Source of the DNA: an uncultured Bacteroides sp.
GTDB taxonomy: Bacteria > Bacteroidota > Bacteroidia > Bacteroidales > GCA-2748055
Direction: 5' to 3'
NCBI GenBank assembly: GCA_964453785.1
Contig: CAYVRK010000010.1
Coordinates: 1,117-65,116, forward strand
DNA length: 64,000 bases
Shown piece by piece: positions 36,224-46,300 of the stretch (its first letter is position 1; each line of letters begins with the position of its first letter). A program made the translations under genes and the position numbers. Under the pieces are notes generated by a model. That model saw nothing but the letters and a program-made list of their open reading frames with translations, was not told where the DNA came from and searched no databases.

Positions 36224-38665
36224 CTACCTGGATAATTGTACCACAGATTCGGCCGAAACAAGCCCCTCAGATTTTGCCTTTACCCTGATGGTCTCACCAC
36301 TTTCACAGGAGCGCACGATGAGTTGACACCGGCCGCGGAATGTGTTTGTTGCGGGCGATTGAAAGCCATGCATACCGGTCGGATTTGCATTGCCTGCTGC
36401 CTGTATTTTGCACCTGCCAGCAATGCTAAATTCAACAAGGAGTTCAGCTGTAGGAACAAGGTTTCCCTCCTGATCCAGCACATCAATGTTGAAATAGGCC
36501 AGTTCCCCGGAACTGGCACGAACAGTCTCTTCTTCTGCAGTAATTCTTAACCGATAGGGTGTTCCTGTTGTTTTTAAACTCTTCCTGCATACCTCCTTTC
36601 CACCGTTCAATCCGATGGCCAGAAGCTCCCCTGCCTGGTAAGGCACCTGAAAGACAGCCGTTAACCTGGACTGTTCTGAAACCTGCCTGGTCCCGATGAC
36701 CTGGCTGTTTAACTCCAGGCGCACCTGTTCGCAACGGGTATAAACAGACACCTGGAGCGGTACACCTTCATTACCATCCCAGTTCCAATGGGGCAACTCA
36801 TCCGGCCAGCCCCAGTAACTGGAATGTTCATATTTTCCCTTAGGAACAGGTGCATGCACCAGAACTTCCAACTCACTCTGGCGCCAGACCACTTCACGAT
36901 ACAGAAATTGCGGTTTCTTATTTCCCATGATGTCAATATCACCACACCATGCGTTAAACCAGGGCCATCCGGGAAGCCCCATCCACGCTTCCTGATCACT
37001 ATCACTGTACCTGGTCCGTCCAATGCCCGCTTCTCCGAAATAATCCATGCCGGTCCACACAAAATCCCCGATTATATAGGGATGCTTTTCTACCATGGAC
37101 CAGTTGTCTAATGCCTCTTTGGGAGTGGATTCAGAACCGAACATGACCCGTTCCGGATGGTTTTTATGATCATCCTCATACCTGTCCCACCTGTAATTAT
37201 AACCCTGTACATCCATGATTGCAAAAGCCGGAGCAGTGGCGCTCCAATCTCTTCCGGGATGATCCCAGAATTCACAAATGGCCTGGGTGGAAGGGCGGGA
37301 AGGATCCATCTCGTGGATTTTAGCCACCAGCATTTTTGCAATTTCAAGTCCCGAAGAATCAGCACGCTCATTGATCTCGTTGCCATAACTCCACATGATG
37401 ACAGAGGGATGATTGCGGTCCCGCAACAACATCGCCTCCATGTCCCTCTCCCACCACCGGTCAAAATAGAGGTTGTAATCATCCTTGTTCTTGGGCCGCT
37501 GCCACTGATCAAACGCTTCATCAATCACCAGCATGCCCAGCTGATCGCATGCTTCAAGAAAGAAAGCGGAAGGTGGATTGTGGGATGTGCGAATGGCATT
37601 AAATCCATGTTCCTTCATGGTTCTTACCCTGCGAAACTCGGCTGTCTTGAACGCTACGGAACCCAGCATGCCGTTGTCGTGGTGCAAACATGCTCCTTTG
37701 AGCAGGAGGCGCTCTCCATTGATGAGAAAGCCTTTTTCAGGTGAAAATCCGATGCTTCGAACACCAAATTTCTCCACCCTGCAATCAAGCTCATTTCCAT
37801 TTTCCAAAACCTGAATCCGGGCTGCATACAGCTCCGGACTTTCAGGAGACCACAGGTTCGGTGCATTGATCAACAATTTTTGATGAACAGTGCCCTTTTC
37901 GTTTTTATCCAATGTAATAGCCTTCTCAGCCATGGCCACCTGATCTCCCGAAACATCCGTTACATACACATTCACAGTAATTTCCTTCTCCTTTCCGGAT
38001 GAATTAACCACTTCCGTTTGAATATCTACCAAAGCCCTTTCCAAAGATACTTCGGGTGTTGCGATGTAGTTCCCCCACACGGTCATATATACAGGGTTGG
38101 TTCTAATCAGTGTCACATTGCGGTAGATCCCCGATCCGCTGTACCACCGCGAATTGGCTCCCTCATTTTTTACCTCCACGGCGATCACATTCTCTTCGCC
38201 GGGAGCATGCAGGAATGGGGTCAGATCATATGAAAATGGGGTATAGCCATAGGGGTGATTTCCCAGATGATGCCCGTTAATCCACACATCGGAATTCATA
38301 TATACCCCATCAAACAGAACCTGAATAACTTTCCCCTGATCCTCTTTTCCCAACTGAAAATGTTTGCGGTACCAGGCAGTACCCCCGACCACAAATCCGG
38401 TTGATGACCCGCCCACACTCTCCCTGGTAAACGGACCTATGGTTGAATCCTCCTTTTGAAACGGGAGGTCTTCGATGCTGTAATCATGGGGCAGATCAAC
38501 ACTCCGCCATCCCGAGTCATCAAAGTCCGGCAATCGGGCACCCTCAGCAACTCCCCTGTAAAACATCCATCCGCCATTAAAATGAGTTTCTCTGTTCATT
38601 TGTTCTTTCGGACTCATGCAACTGCCCAGCAGGACAATGCTAAGGATGTAAAAAAAATTCCTCAT
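36224..38665 (-). CDS. GH2-family glycoside hydrolase (beta-galactosidase/beta-glucuronidase-like)
   Basis: 813 aa with a signal/lipobox-like N-terminus. Motifs GWRSVDLPHDYSIE, NAIRTSHNPPS, NHPSVIMWSYGNEINE and GDFVWTGMDYFGE, with C-terminal Ig-like domains. Confidence 0.9.
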   Translation of the reverse strand: MRNFFYILSIVLLGSCMSPKEQMNRETHFNGGWMFYRGVAEGARLPDFDDSGWRSVDLPHDYSIEDLPFQKEDSTIGPFTRESVGGSSTGFVVGGTAWYRKHFQLGKEDQGKVIQVLFDGVYMNSDVWINGHHLGNHPYGYTPFSYDLTPFLHAPGEENVIAVEVKNEGANSRWYSGSGIYRNVTLIRTNPVYMTVWGNYIATPEVSLERALVDIQTEVVNSSGKEKEITVNVYVTDVSGDQVAMAEKAITLDKNEKGTVHQKLLINAPNLWSPESPELYAARIQVLENGNELDCRVEKFGVRSIGFSPEKGFLINGERLLLKGACLHHDNGMLGSVAFKTAEFRRVRTMKEHGFNAIRTSHNPPSAFFLEACDQLGMLVIDEAFDQWQRPKNKDDYNLYFDRWWERDMEAMLLRDRNHPSVIMWSYGNEINERADSSGLEIAKMLVAKIHEMDPSRPSTQAICEFWDHPGRDWSATAPAFAIMDVQGYNYRWDRYEDDHKNHPERVMFGSESTPKEALDNWSMVEKHPYIIGDFVWTGMDYFGEAGIGRTRYSDSDQEAWMGLPGWPWFNAWCGDIDIMGNKKPQFLYREVVWRQSELEVLVHAPVPKGKYEHSSYWGWPDELPHWNWDGNEGVPLQVSVYTRCEQVRLELNSQVIGTRQVSEQSRLTAVFQVPYQAGELLAIGLNGGKEVCRKSLKTTGTPYRLRITAEEETVRASSGELAYFNIDVLDQEGNLVPTAELLVEFSIAGRCKIQAAGNANPTGMHGFQSPATNTFRGRCQLIVRSCESGETIRVKAKSEGLVSAESVVQLSR

Positions 38666-38717
38666 TACCGTTTATTTAATGTGGCTAAAATTGATTCTAT
38701 TCCTGGAATCCCTGATA

Positions 38718-38933
38718 TCAACTGCTGATCCGCCGGTCTCTGCCAATGAGAAAGTAGAGCAGTGAGCCCAGGAACGGCAGGAAAATGATGATCAGTACCC
38801 ACACGATTTTATCATTTCCCCTGAATTCACTGGTCAGCACACTGACCAGGGCCAGAAGTGGCAATAGAATGATAAAAAGGATGATAAAAAGGGTCAGGAA
38901 AATTCCACCTCCGAAAAAGAACAGAATTGTCAT
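38718..38933 (-). CDS. Small membrane protein of the PLD-nuclease-N-terminal (PLDc_N) type
   Basis: 71 aa with two TM helices. The characteristic segment is KIVWVLIIIFLPFLGSLLYFLIGR. Confidence 0.7.
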   Translation of the reverse strand: MTILFFFGGGIFLTLFIILFIILLPLLALVSVLTSEFRGNDKIVWVLIIIFLPFLGSLLYFLIGRDRRISS

Positions 38934-39115
38934 GGGTCAGATAATTGGTGAAGGATATAAATCTATATAAATTCATTTGCCTTCGCAAATATCCCGACAT
39001 GAATGCCATCAAATCCTTACACCTCCCATGTTGGCCAAGGGATAGTCCGGATGGTTTCATGGTTTAAAATTGGGTGATTTTTCATATATTGGTTACATCT
39101 TTAAATCCTTGAATC

Positions 39116-40156
39116 ATGACTTTACGACTCGACAATACCCGCCGGGAATTCCTGAGAAAGCTGATTGCCGGCACCTCCATGATGGGAATGGCTCCTGTGA
39201 TAAGCAGCCTGCAATCCTGTGCAGGACCTGGTCAGAAAATTGGTCTTCCGCAAAGAACTTTTGGGGACACCGGTGAAAAAATAGGGATCTATAGCCTTGG
39301 AGCACAGGCCACGGTGGAACAGGTCGGTATGCAGACACAGGCTGTGGAAATCATCAACAGGTGCATCGACCTTGGCATCAACTACATTGACACATCGGCA
39401 TGGTACGGTATGGACGGGACCAGCAGCGAGGGGGATCATCTCAGGGGAACCAGTGAAAGACATGTGGGAGAGGTGATGAAAACACGCCGCAATGAGGTGT
39501 TTCTGGCCACCAAAACCCATGACAGGAGTTATGACGGGGCCATGCGGCACCTGGAGAGTTCACTGAAGAACCTGCAGACCGACACCATTGACCTCTGGCA
39601 GATCCACAACATCAAAGGAGGCGGGAACGAGGATATCGACTATATCTTTTCCGATGAGGGTTGTTTGAAGGCATTGCAAAAAGCCAAAGATGAGAAGGTG
39701 GTCCGCTTCCTGGGCATCACGGGCCATGCAGATCCCGACCCCATGAAGCAACTGATCGAGCGTTATCATTTCGATACGGTACTGATGGCCCTGAATGCGG
39801 CTGACAAACACTACAACTCCTTTATCGAGAAGCTGATGCCCACAGCAGTAGAAAAGAACATGGGTATCATCGGCATGAAGATCCCTGCAAGGGACCGGAT
39901 CTTCGATCATGGGGGGATCATCAGCATGAAAGAGGCCATGAGCTACACCATGTCACTTCCGGTAAGCACCATCATTGTTGGAATTGATAAGATTGCTGAA
40001 CTGGAAGAGAACATTAAAATCGCACAGGAATTTGAACCCCTCACTGTGGATGAAATGCTGGCCATCGAAGACAAGGTGAAGCCCTATTACGAACACCTGA
40101 TGTTTTACAAAGGATTGTCCGACTGGCCCGAGGTTTGGTCAGGCAACAACGTATAA
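39116..40156 (+). CDS. Tat-exported aldo/keto reductase
   Basis: Twin-arginine leader TRREFLRKLIAGTSMMGMAPV. AKR motifs GINYIDTSAWYG, VFLATK, IDLWQIHN and RFLGITGH. Confidence 0.85.
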   Translation: MTLRLDNTRREFLRKLIAGTSMMGMAPVISSLQSCAGPGQKIGLPQRTFGDTGEKIGIYSLGAQATVEQVGMQTQAVEIINRCIDLGINYIDTSAWYGMDGTSSEGDHLRGTSERHVGEVMKTRRNEVFLATKTHDRSYDGAMRHLESSLKNLQTDTIDLWQIHNIKGGGNEDIDYIFSDEGCLKALQKAKDEKVVRFLGITGHADPDPMKQLIERYHFDTVLMALNAADKHYNSFIEKLMPTAVEKNMGIIGMKIPARDRIFDHGGIISMKEAMSYTMSLPVSTIIVGIDKIAELEENIKIAQEFEPLTVDEMLAIEDKVKPYYEHLMFYKGLSDWPEVWSGNNV

Positions 40157-40184
40157 CCTTCTTGCTGTCCTCAGAGCACAGACC

Positions 40185-42380
40185 ATGGAACAGCAGGTGA
40201 CATCATCCTATCACGGATTCAGAATCTTCCTTATATCTTCTATTTTCTTTTTCCTGCTGGTCTTTCCATTTATGATCTACATGGGGATCCAAAGTCTGCC
40301 TGCAGTAGCCGAACGGGAGGGTCTTTTCAGAAACGATTCCACCGGGCTGACCAATTCTTCAAAGATTTTCTCGGATTCCATCAGCGAATTCACCCCGGAG
40401 AATTTTGACAGTCTGATAAACCAGGCCGTTGTGAAGGGTGAGAAATTAGCCGACACCATTGTGAAGAAACGTACCCCCGGCGGGATCATCTCTTTCCAGG
40501 ATGACGGGGAAGAGGTCAACGCCTTCGATAAAAAAGGGCCCTTTTTGAAGTTTTTCAAATGGTTCTTCATGTTAACGCTGCTCAGTTACATTGCAGGATT
40601 AATGTATAACATCCGGTTTAAGATATTCTTCAAAAGAAAGCAGCGCAAACAGGAAATATCCGAAAAAATTCAATCTTTCTGCAAAAAACAGCTTCTTCAC
40701 ACTCCTCTGGTCAATGCCCTGATCATCACCCTGCCCAACCTGGTGCTCATCATCTTCTCCCTGGTCTATATCCTCTCCGGGCATGAGTACAGCACGGATA
40801 CAGAAAGGGATCTGTTTGTCCAGTTCTTCTACCTCACACTGGCAGCCTCACTGCTGGAATTCCTGTTTGCCTTCTACTGGCAGAAACACAGGGTTCAGCT
40901 GAAATATATTGACTATGTTTATCCAGCCGAGGAACTGAGGACCCGTGTATTTCGGAGGAAGGGAGGCAAGATCAGACACCGCTATATCATTGCCAGTGTA
41001 ATCACCACCCTGCTTCCACTCCTGATTGTTGCGGTATACCTGATCCTGAGCATGACTTCTGTGAAAGAGCTGGATCTTGACACGATCTCCAATGAACAAA
41101 TTGATATCCTGATTGGTCCCTGGGGATCCCTGTTCCACCTTGATCAGGTTTCCTTTAACATGGAGAAATTAGGTTGGTTGTTCTATGTTAATGCCGGAGA
41201 TTCCCTGTTGATGATTATCGGGATCTGTAACGGGATCCTGGTCACCTTCATCTACCTGTTGCTCCTGATTAAGTGGACAAGCCAGGACATAACCCGCCCG
41301 GTAAAGGAAATCCTGATGAACATGAGAAACACCAAGGGAGGTGCCATAGAGCAATACACCATCGTACGGACCAACGATGAGATCGGGGAACTGGCCGAGG
41401 GATACAATGAGATGACCAGCAAGATCCATGATCACATGGAGCATATTTTCACCATGAACCGTGACCTGGAACTTACCGTTGAAGAACGGACGCAGGAGGT
41501 GGTTATGCAGAAAGAAGAGATCGAAGCACAGAAGGAGGAGATCGAGGCTCAACTGGACCTGACCATGCTCCAGCGGGATACCATCTCAAACCAAAAGGAA
41601 CAGATTCTGGACTCGATTCGCTATGCAGAGAAAATCCAGTCGGCCCTTCTTCCTCCCGACAGATACCTTGCCGAATCACTTACTGACCATTTCATCCTGT
41701 TCAAGCCCAGAGATATTGTCAGCGGTGATTATTACTGGACAACCTTCAAAGATGGCAAGCTTCTGATCGCTGTGGCTGATTGCACGGGACACGGTGTCCC
41801 GGGAGCATTCCTGAGCGTGCTAGGAATTTCCTCCATGAATGAGATCGTGAACAGGGAAGGGATATCCAAGGCCAGCCATATCCTGGAGCACCTTAGAAAC
41901 TTTGTGATCCAAACTTTGCACCAGACCGGGGCCCGGGGCGAAGCACAGGACGGGATCGAAATCGCCCTGTGCATCATTGATACAAAGAAGCTTTCCCTGG
42001 AATTTGCGGGTGCAAACAGACCCCTTTACCTGGTCAGATCTGTCACCGGCAAAACGGGTGAAACCAAACCCGAACTGATTCATATCAGGGGGGACAGGAT
42101 GCCGATCGGGATCTACCAGCAGGAGGCTGATCCATTTACCAACCATAGCCTGAAACTGAAGAAGGATGATACCATCTACCTCTTCTCAGATGGCTATACA
42201 GATCAGCTGGGGGGTGCTAAAAGAAAGACATTCCGTTCGGTACATTTCAGGGAACTGCTCATGCAAATCCAGGATAAGACCATGGACCAGCAGAAAAGGA
42301 TTCTTCTTGAGAATCATGAATCATGGCGCGGAGAGGTGGAGCAGATTGATGATATTCTTGTGGTGGGAATCAGGTTGTAA
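40185..42380 (+). CDS. Membrane-bound PP2C/SpoIIE-family Ser/Thr phosphatase with a HAMP-like linker and coiled coil (SiaA/RsbU-like)
   Basis: Six hydrophobic helices lie in the first ~370 aa. HAMP-like ITRPVKEILMNMRN...NDEIGELAEGYNEMT. Coiled coil with QKEEIEAQKEEIEAQ. PP2C motifs SGDYYW, AVADCTGHGVPGAFLS, LFSDGYTDQ and DDILVVGIRL. Confidence 0.85.
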   Translation: MEQQVTSSYHGFRIFLISSIFFFLLVFPFMIYMGIQSLPAVAEREGLFRNDSTGLTNSSKIFSDSISEFTPENFDSLINQAVVKGEKLADTIVKKRTPGGIISFQDDGEEVNAFDKKGPFLKFFKWFFMLTLLSYIAGLMYNIRFKIFFKRKQRKQEISEKIQSFCKKQLLHTPLVNALIITLPNLVLIIFSLVYILSGHEYSTDTERDLFVQFFYLTLAASLLEFLFAFYWQKHRVQLKYIDYVYPAEELRTRVFRRKGGKIRHRYIIASVITTLLPLLIVAVYLILSMTSVKELDLDTISNEQIDILIGPWGSLFHLDQVSFNMEKLGWLFYVNAGDSLLMIIGICNGILVTFIYLLLLIKWTSQDITRPVKEILMNMRNTKGGAIEQYTIVRTNDEIGELAEGYNEMTSKIHDHMEHIFTMNRDLELTVEERTQEVVMQKEEIEAQKEEIEAQLDLTMLQRDTISNQKEQILDSIRYAEKIQSALLPPDRYLAESLTDHFILFKPRDIVSGDYYWTTFKDGKLLIAVADCTGHGVPGAFLSVLGISSMNEIVNREGISKASHILEHLRNFVIQTLHQTGARGEAQDGIEIALCIIDTKKLSLEFAGANRPLYLVRSVTGKTGETKPELIHIRGDRMPIGIYQQEADPFTNHSLKLKKDDTIYLFSDGYTDQLGGAKRKTFRSVHFRELLMQIQDKTMDQQKRILLENHESWRGEVEQIDDILVVGIRL

Positions 42381-42392
42381 GGATTTTCCCTC

Positions 42393-42773
42393 CTATATCT
42401 CTTCCTTCACATAATCAAATTTAATCCCGGACATCCTGGACATTTCCAGTCCTACTTCATACATGTCCTCATCATCCTCTTCATAATGCCATTTCACTCC
42501 GACATCAGTTCCGGATTCCTGAATGGAATGAAGGATCTTGAAGATATCCAGAATGTATTTGGCCGACGTGGAATTGAAGTACTCTAAATTAAATTTGAAA
42601 GTGCATGGACCGGTATCCCCGGCTGCAAACTGCTCCAGCCATTCCAGGATGGGTATATAAAAATTTCTTACGTTTTCAGGTCGTGATTCACCGGAAAACT
42701 CAAACAGTTTTTCCACGGGATCCAGAACAACGCCGGGGGAATTTAATGTGGGTTCAATGGTCAGTTTTTCCAT
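42393..42773 (-). CDS. DUF1987 / SiaC-like partner-switch phosphoprotein
   Basis: 126 aa. Family-typical TPGVVLD-like NSPGVVLDPVEKLFEFSGESRPENVRNFYIPILEWL and FKFNLEYFNSTSAKYILDIFKIL. Confidence 0.72.
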   Translation of the reverse strand: MEKLTIEPTLNSPGVVLDPVEKLFEFSGESRPENVRNFYIPILEWLEQFAAGDTGPCTFKFNLEYFNSTSAKYILDIFKILHSIQESGTDVGVKWHYEEDDEDMYEVGLEMSRMSGIKFDYVKEEI

Positions 42774-42776
42774 GAG

Positions 42777-43289
42777 TTATCCGTTTAGGGTGATTTTCAT
42801 CTCAAAAAAAGAATGGTCCGCATCCACGGGGGCGAAACTGTACTCAATATCTGAATCTGTACGCATAGCCATGGTGATCAGCCCCAGTCCCGCCCCGGTA
42901 TCACTGGCGCTTGATTCTTTATTGATTACCTCTTCGTATAAAGATTTAAGTGCTTCAAAGTCCAGTTGATTTACCCTGTCGAGCTTAAATTTCAGGTCCC
43001 CTATATCGTCATTCAGAACCAGGTTGCCGACCCTGACATAGTATTGATCCTTCTGCTTCATCACAATGATCTTTGGAGTCCGGGATGAATTGCGGGATTT
43101 CCCTGGCAACTTGGCTCCATATTTGAAAATGTTATCGATGGATTCGACGAAGATCCCGTAAAGCCTTTTTTTTGACGGTTTATTCATCTTCTGGAATTCC
43201 TGGTTGTCCCTCAAAGTATTCAATAGTATTTCAATAGTCCCAAAGGTAATGGCACCTTCAAAATCTACCAGGGTTGCTGATTTCGACAT
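42777..43289 (-). CDS. SiaB-like GHKL-type protein kinase (anti-sigma-kinase fold)
   Basis: 170 aa. FEGAITFGTIEILLNTL, IFVESIDNIFKYG (N-box-like) and DTGAGLGLITMA (G-box). It lies 3 bp upstream of the SiaC-like gene. Confidence 0.68.
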   Translation of the reverse strand: MSKSATLVDFEGAITFGTIEILLNTLRDNQEFQKMNKPSKKRLYGIFVESIDNIFKYGAKLPGKSRNSSRTPKIIVMKQKDQYYVRVGNLVLNDDIGDLKFKLDRVNQLDFEALKSLYEEVINKESSASDTGAGLGLITMAMRTDSDIEYSFAPVDADHSFFEMKITLNG

Positions 43290-43332
43290 TCCGTTTACAA
43301 AGAAAAGAAAAAAATAGTTACCTTAATCATCC

Positions 43333-46300
43333 ATGAGCGAAGCCATATTAAAAGCCTTGATGCAATTGTTTGCATTGATCATCGACATAGACGAGGTCGA
43401 TGAGATTTCTGACAGGGAAAGGGAGATTATCCGGGCTTTTCTCACGCGCCAGCTGAGCACTGAACTGGTGGATAAGTACCTGAAAGTATTCGATGAGTAT
43501 CTGGCGCTCTATCACCAGGACAGGATCACAAAGGGCAGTCTAAGGGACAAAAAACGAACCTCCCTGACCGCAGTCAGAATTCTTGGGATCTGCCAAAAAA
43601 TCAACGAGGAACTGGAACAGAAGCAGAAAATTTATGTTCTCATCCAGCTTATTGAATATATTGCTTACGGAATTGAGATCCGTGAGAAAGAGTTGGATTT
43701 TCTCAATACAGTTGCCTCTGCATTCAATATCCATGAGGAAGAGTATGAGAACATCCTCAGGTTTGTGGCCTATTCCCGTGAAGAGATCCCACAGAAAAGC
43801 AGGGTCCTGGTGATCAACAGTGAGGATACAGCGATCTACGAAGAGGTCCATCACATCAGAGACGAGAAGATGACCGGAGAGATCTCTTTTTTGAGCATTG
43901 AAAGTGTGAACACATTTGTCCTCAGGTACCATGGAAAAGAGGACCTGTATCTCAACGGGCAACATCTTCAGACGGGGACAACCACTACCTTCGAATACGG
44001 ATCCTCCATCAGGGGTTCAAGCATTGACACCATCTACTATTCTGATGTGGCAGGGGTGTTTTCAAAGTCCTCCATTGCTTTCAGCCTCACCTTTGAGGCA
44101 AGAGGTGTGGAATTCAGGTTTCGAAACAGTAAGAACGGTATTCAGGAATTCAACCTGCAGGAAGAATCGGGAACGCTGGTTGGAATAATGGGAGGAAGCG
44201 GTGTAGGGAAATCCACCTTGTTGAATGTACTGAACGGCAACCTGAAACCCATGAGCGGTGAGATCCTGATCAACGGAATCAACATCCACGATGAAAAAGA
44301 GAAGGAGAAGCTGAACGGGGTCATTGGTTTTATCCCACAGGACGACCTGCTGATTGAGGACCTGACCGTATATCAAAACCTCTACTACAATGCACTACTC
44401 TGCCTGGACCGGTATGAGGATCAGCAGATCAGGGAAGTGGTGGACCGGGTGCTGGTGGACCTGGATCTGTATGAGATCCGGAACCTGAAGGTGGGAAAAC
44501 CACTGAACAAAGTTATAAGCGGGGGCCAGCGGAAAAGGGTGAATATTGGTCTGGAGCTGATCAGGGAACCATCAGTCCTTTTCGTGGATGAACCCACCTC
44601 CGGACTGTCATCGGTGGACTCAGAAATGGTCATGACCCTGCTGAAAGAACAGGTCTACAAAGGCAAACTGGTGTTCGTAAACATCCACCAACCATCTTCT
44701 GACCTTTACAAGATGTTCGATAAGATCATCTTCATGGACAAGGGCGGTTACCAGATCTATTATGGCAATCCCTCCGAAGCCGTGGTCTACTTCAAGACCA
44801 AAAGCAAGCATGCCAATGCCAAGGAGGACCAGTGTCCCAGATGCGGGAACATTGATCCGGACCAGGTGATGCAGATCATCGAGGCAAAGATAGTCAATGA
44901 ACACGGCAAACTCTCCAGGACCAGAAAAGTAAGCCCGAAAGAATGGTTTGCACGCTATAAGGAAGGCAAGCCACCGAACCCGGAAAAAAAGCAGGAAAAA
45001 GCGGAACTTCCCGAGAATTATTACAGCATCCCGGGGCTCCTGAAACAATTGAAGATATATTTCATCCGTGATCTCCTTTCAAAGCTGACCAACAAACAGT
45101 ATGTCCTGATCAGTTTGTTGGAGGCGCCGCTACTGGCTGTGATCCTGGGTTATTTCACCAAGTACGCTAGCGGGGTTTCAGGGAATCCGGCAGCCTATGT
45201 TTTCAGAAACAATGAGAACCTCCCCGCCTTCCTGCTGATGAGCGTCATTGTTTTTTTGTTCCTTGGGCTGACCATCAGTTCGGAAGAGATCATCAAAGAG
45301 CGCAAGATACTTCAAAGAGAGTCCTTCCTGAACCTGAGCAGGGCCAGTTTTCTGAACTCAAAAATACTGATCATGTTCCTGATCTCGGCCATCCAGTCCA
45401 TCTCTTATGTGCTGATCGCTAACTTCATTTTCGAAATCAGAGGAATGACATTTTCTTACTGGCTGATTCTCTTTAGCACATCCTGTTTTGCCAACCTCCT
45501 GGGCCTCAATATTTCGTCAGGACTCAATTCGGTGATCACCATCTATATCCTGGTGCCTTTTCTCCTGATCCCCCAGATTCTCTTTTGCGGTGTCCTTGTG
45601 AAGTTTGACAAGCTGCACCGATCCCTGACCAATTACCAGTATGTCCCTTTTATCGGTGACATGATGACCTCACGGTGGGCTTACGAGGCCCTGTCAGTGG
45701 AACAGTTTAAAAACAACCGGTACATGCGTGAGTTCTTCGACATTGAACAGGAGATCAGCAACAATGCCTACCTGGAATCCTTCCTGCTGCCTTCACTGGA
45801 ATCAAGCATGGATGAAACCCTTCAGTATATGGCCTTGGGGAAAGAGAAAGAACAGGTAAAGCTGAACCTTCAGATGCTGGACCGTCAATTATCGTTTCTG
45901 GCAGACCAGTTTCCACAAGTTCCCGGGACCAGTCCGGAACAGATTGCAGTTAAGTCATTTAACGATTCTGTAGCCAGCGGAATCAAACAATATCTAGAGG
46001 CATTGAGACAGATTGCGCACAAGCAACGTGTCCATGCCAGTGAAGCAAGAAACATGAAGCAGAGACAGTTGACCGATCAACTGGGTGGGGTTGCATCGTA
46101 TACCGCGTTCAGGGATGCCTATGAAAACGTTCAGCTTTCAGACATCCTGCTCAATAACAAGGCCCTGGACAAGATTGAACAGAAAGGTTCCTTATTGATC
46201 AGCAGGTACAATCCGGTTTATATGGAATCCCCGTCAAAGATTGGAAGGGCCCAACTCTATGCAGCACATAAAAGAATCGGGAACTGGAAAATCTCTACGC

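Noticed and set aside
36236-38233. A cluster of 70-195-aa ORFs on both strands inside the GH2 gene
   Set aside because: All lie within the continuous 813-aa GH2 frame, which has strong family motifs. The overlapping frames have no motifs and an odd composition.
38975-38990. A mini-hairpin ATTTGC-CTTC-GCAAAT resembling the GTTTGC-TTC-GCAAAC hairpin at 58550-58564
   Set aside because: The two copies share only about 12 nt. That is too short to distinguish a repeat family from chance without a genome-wide count.
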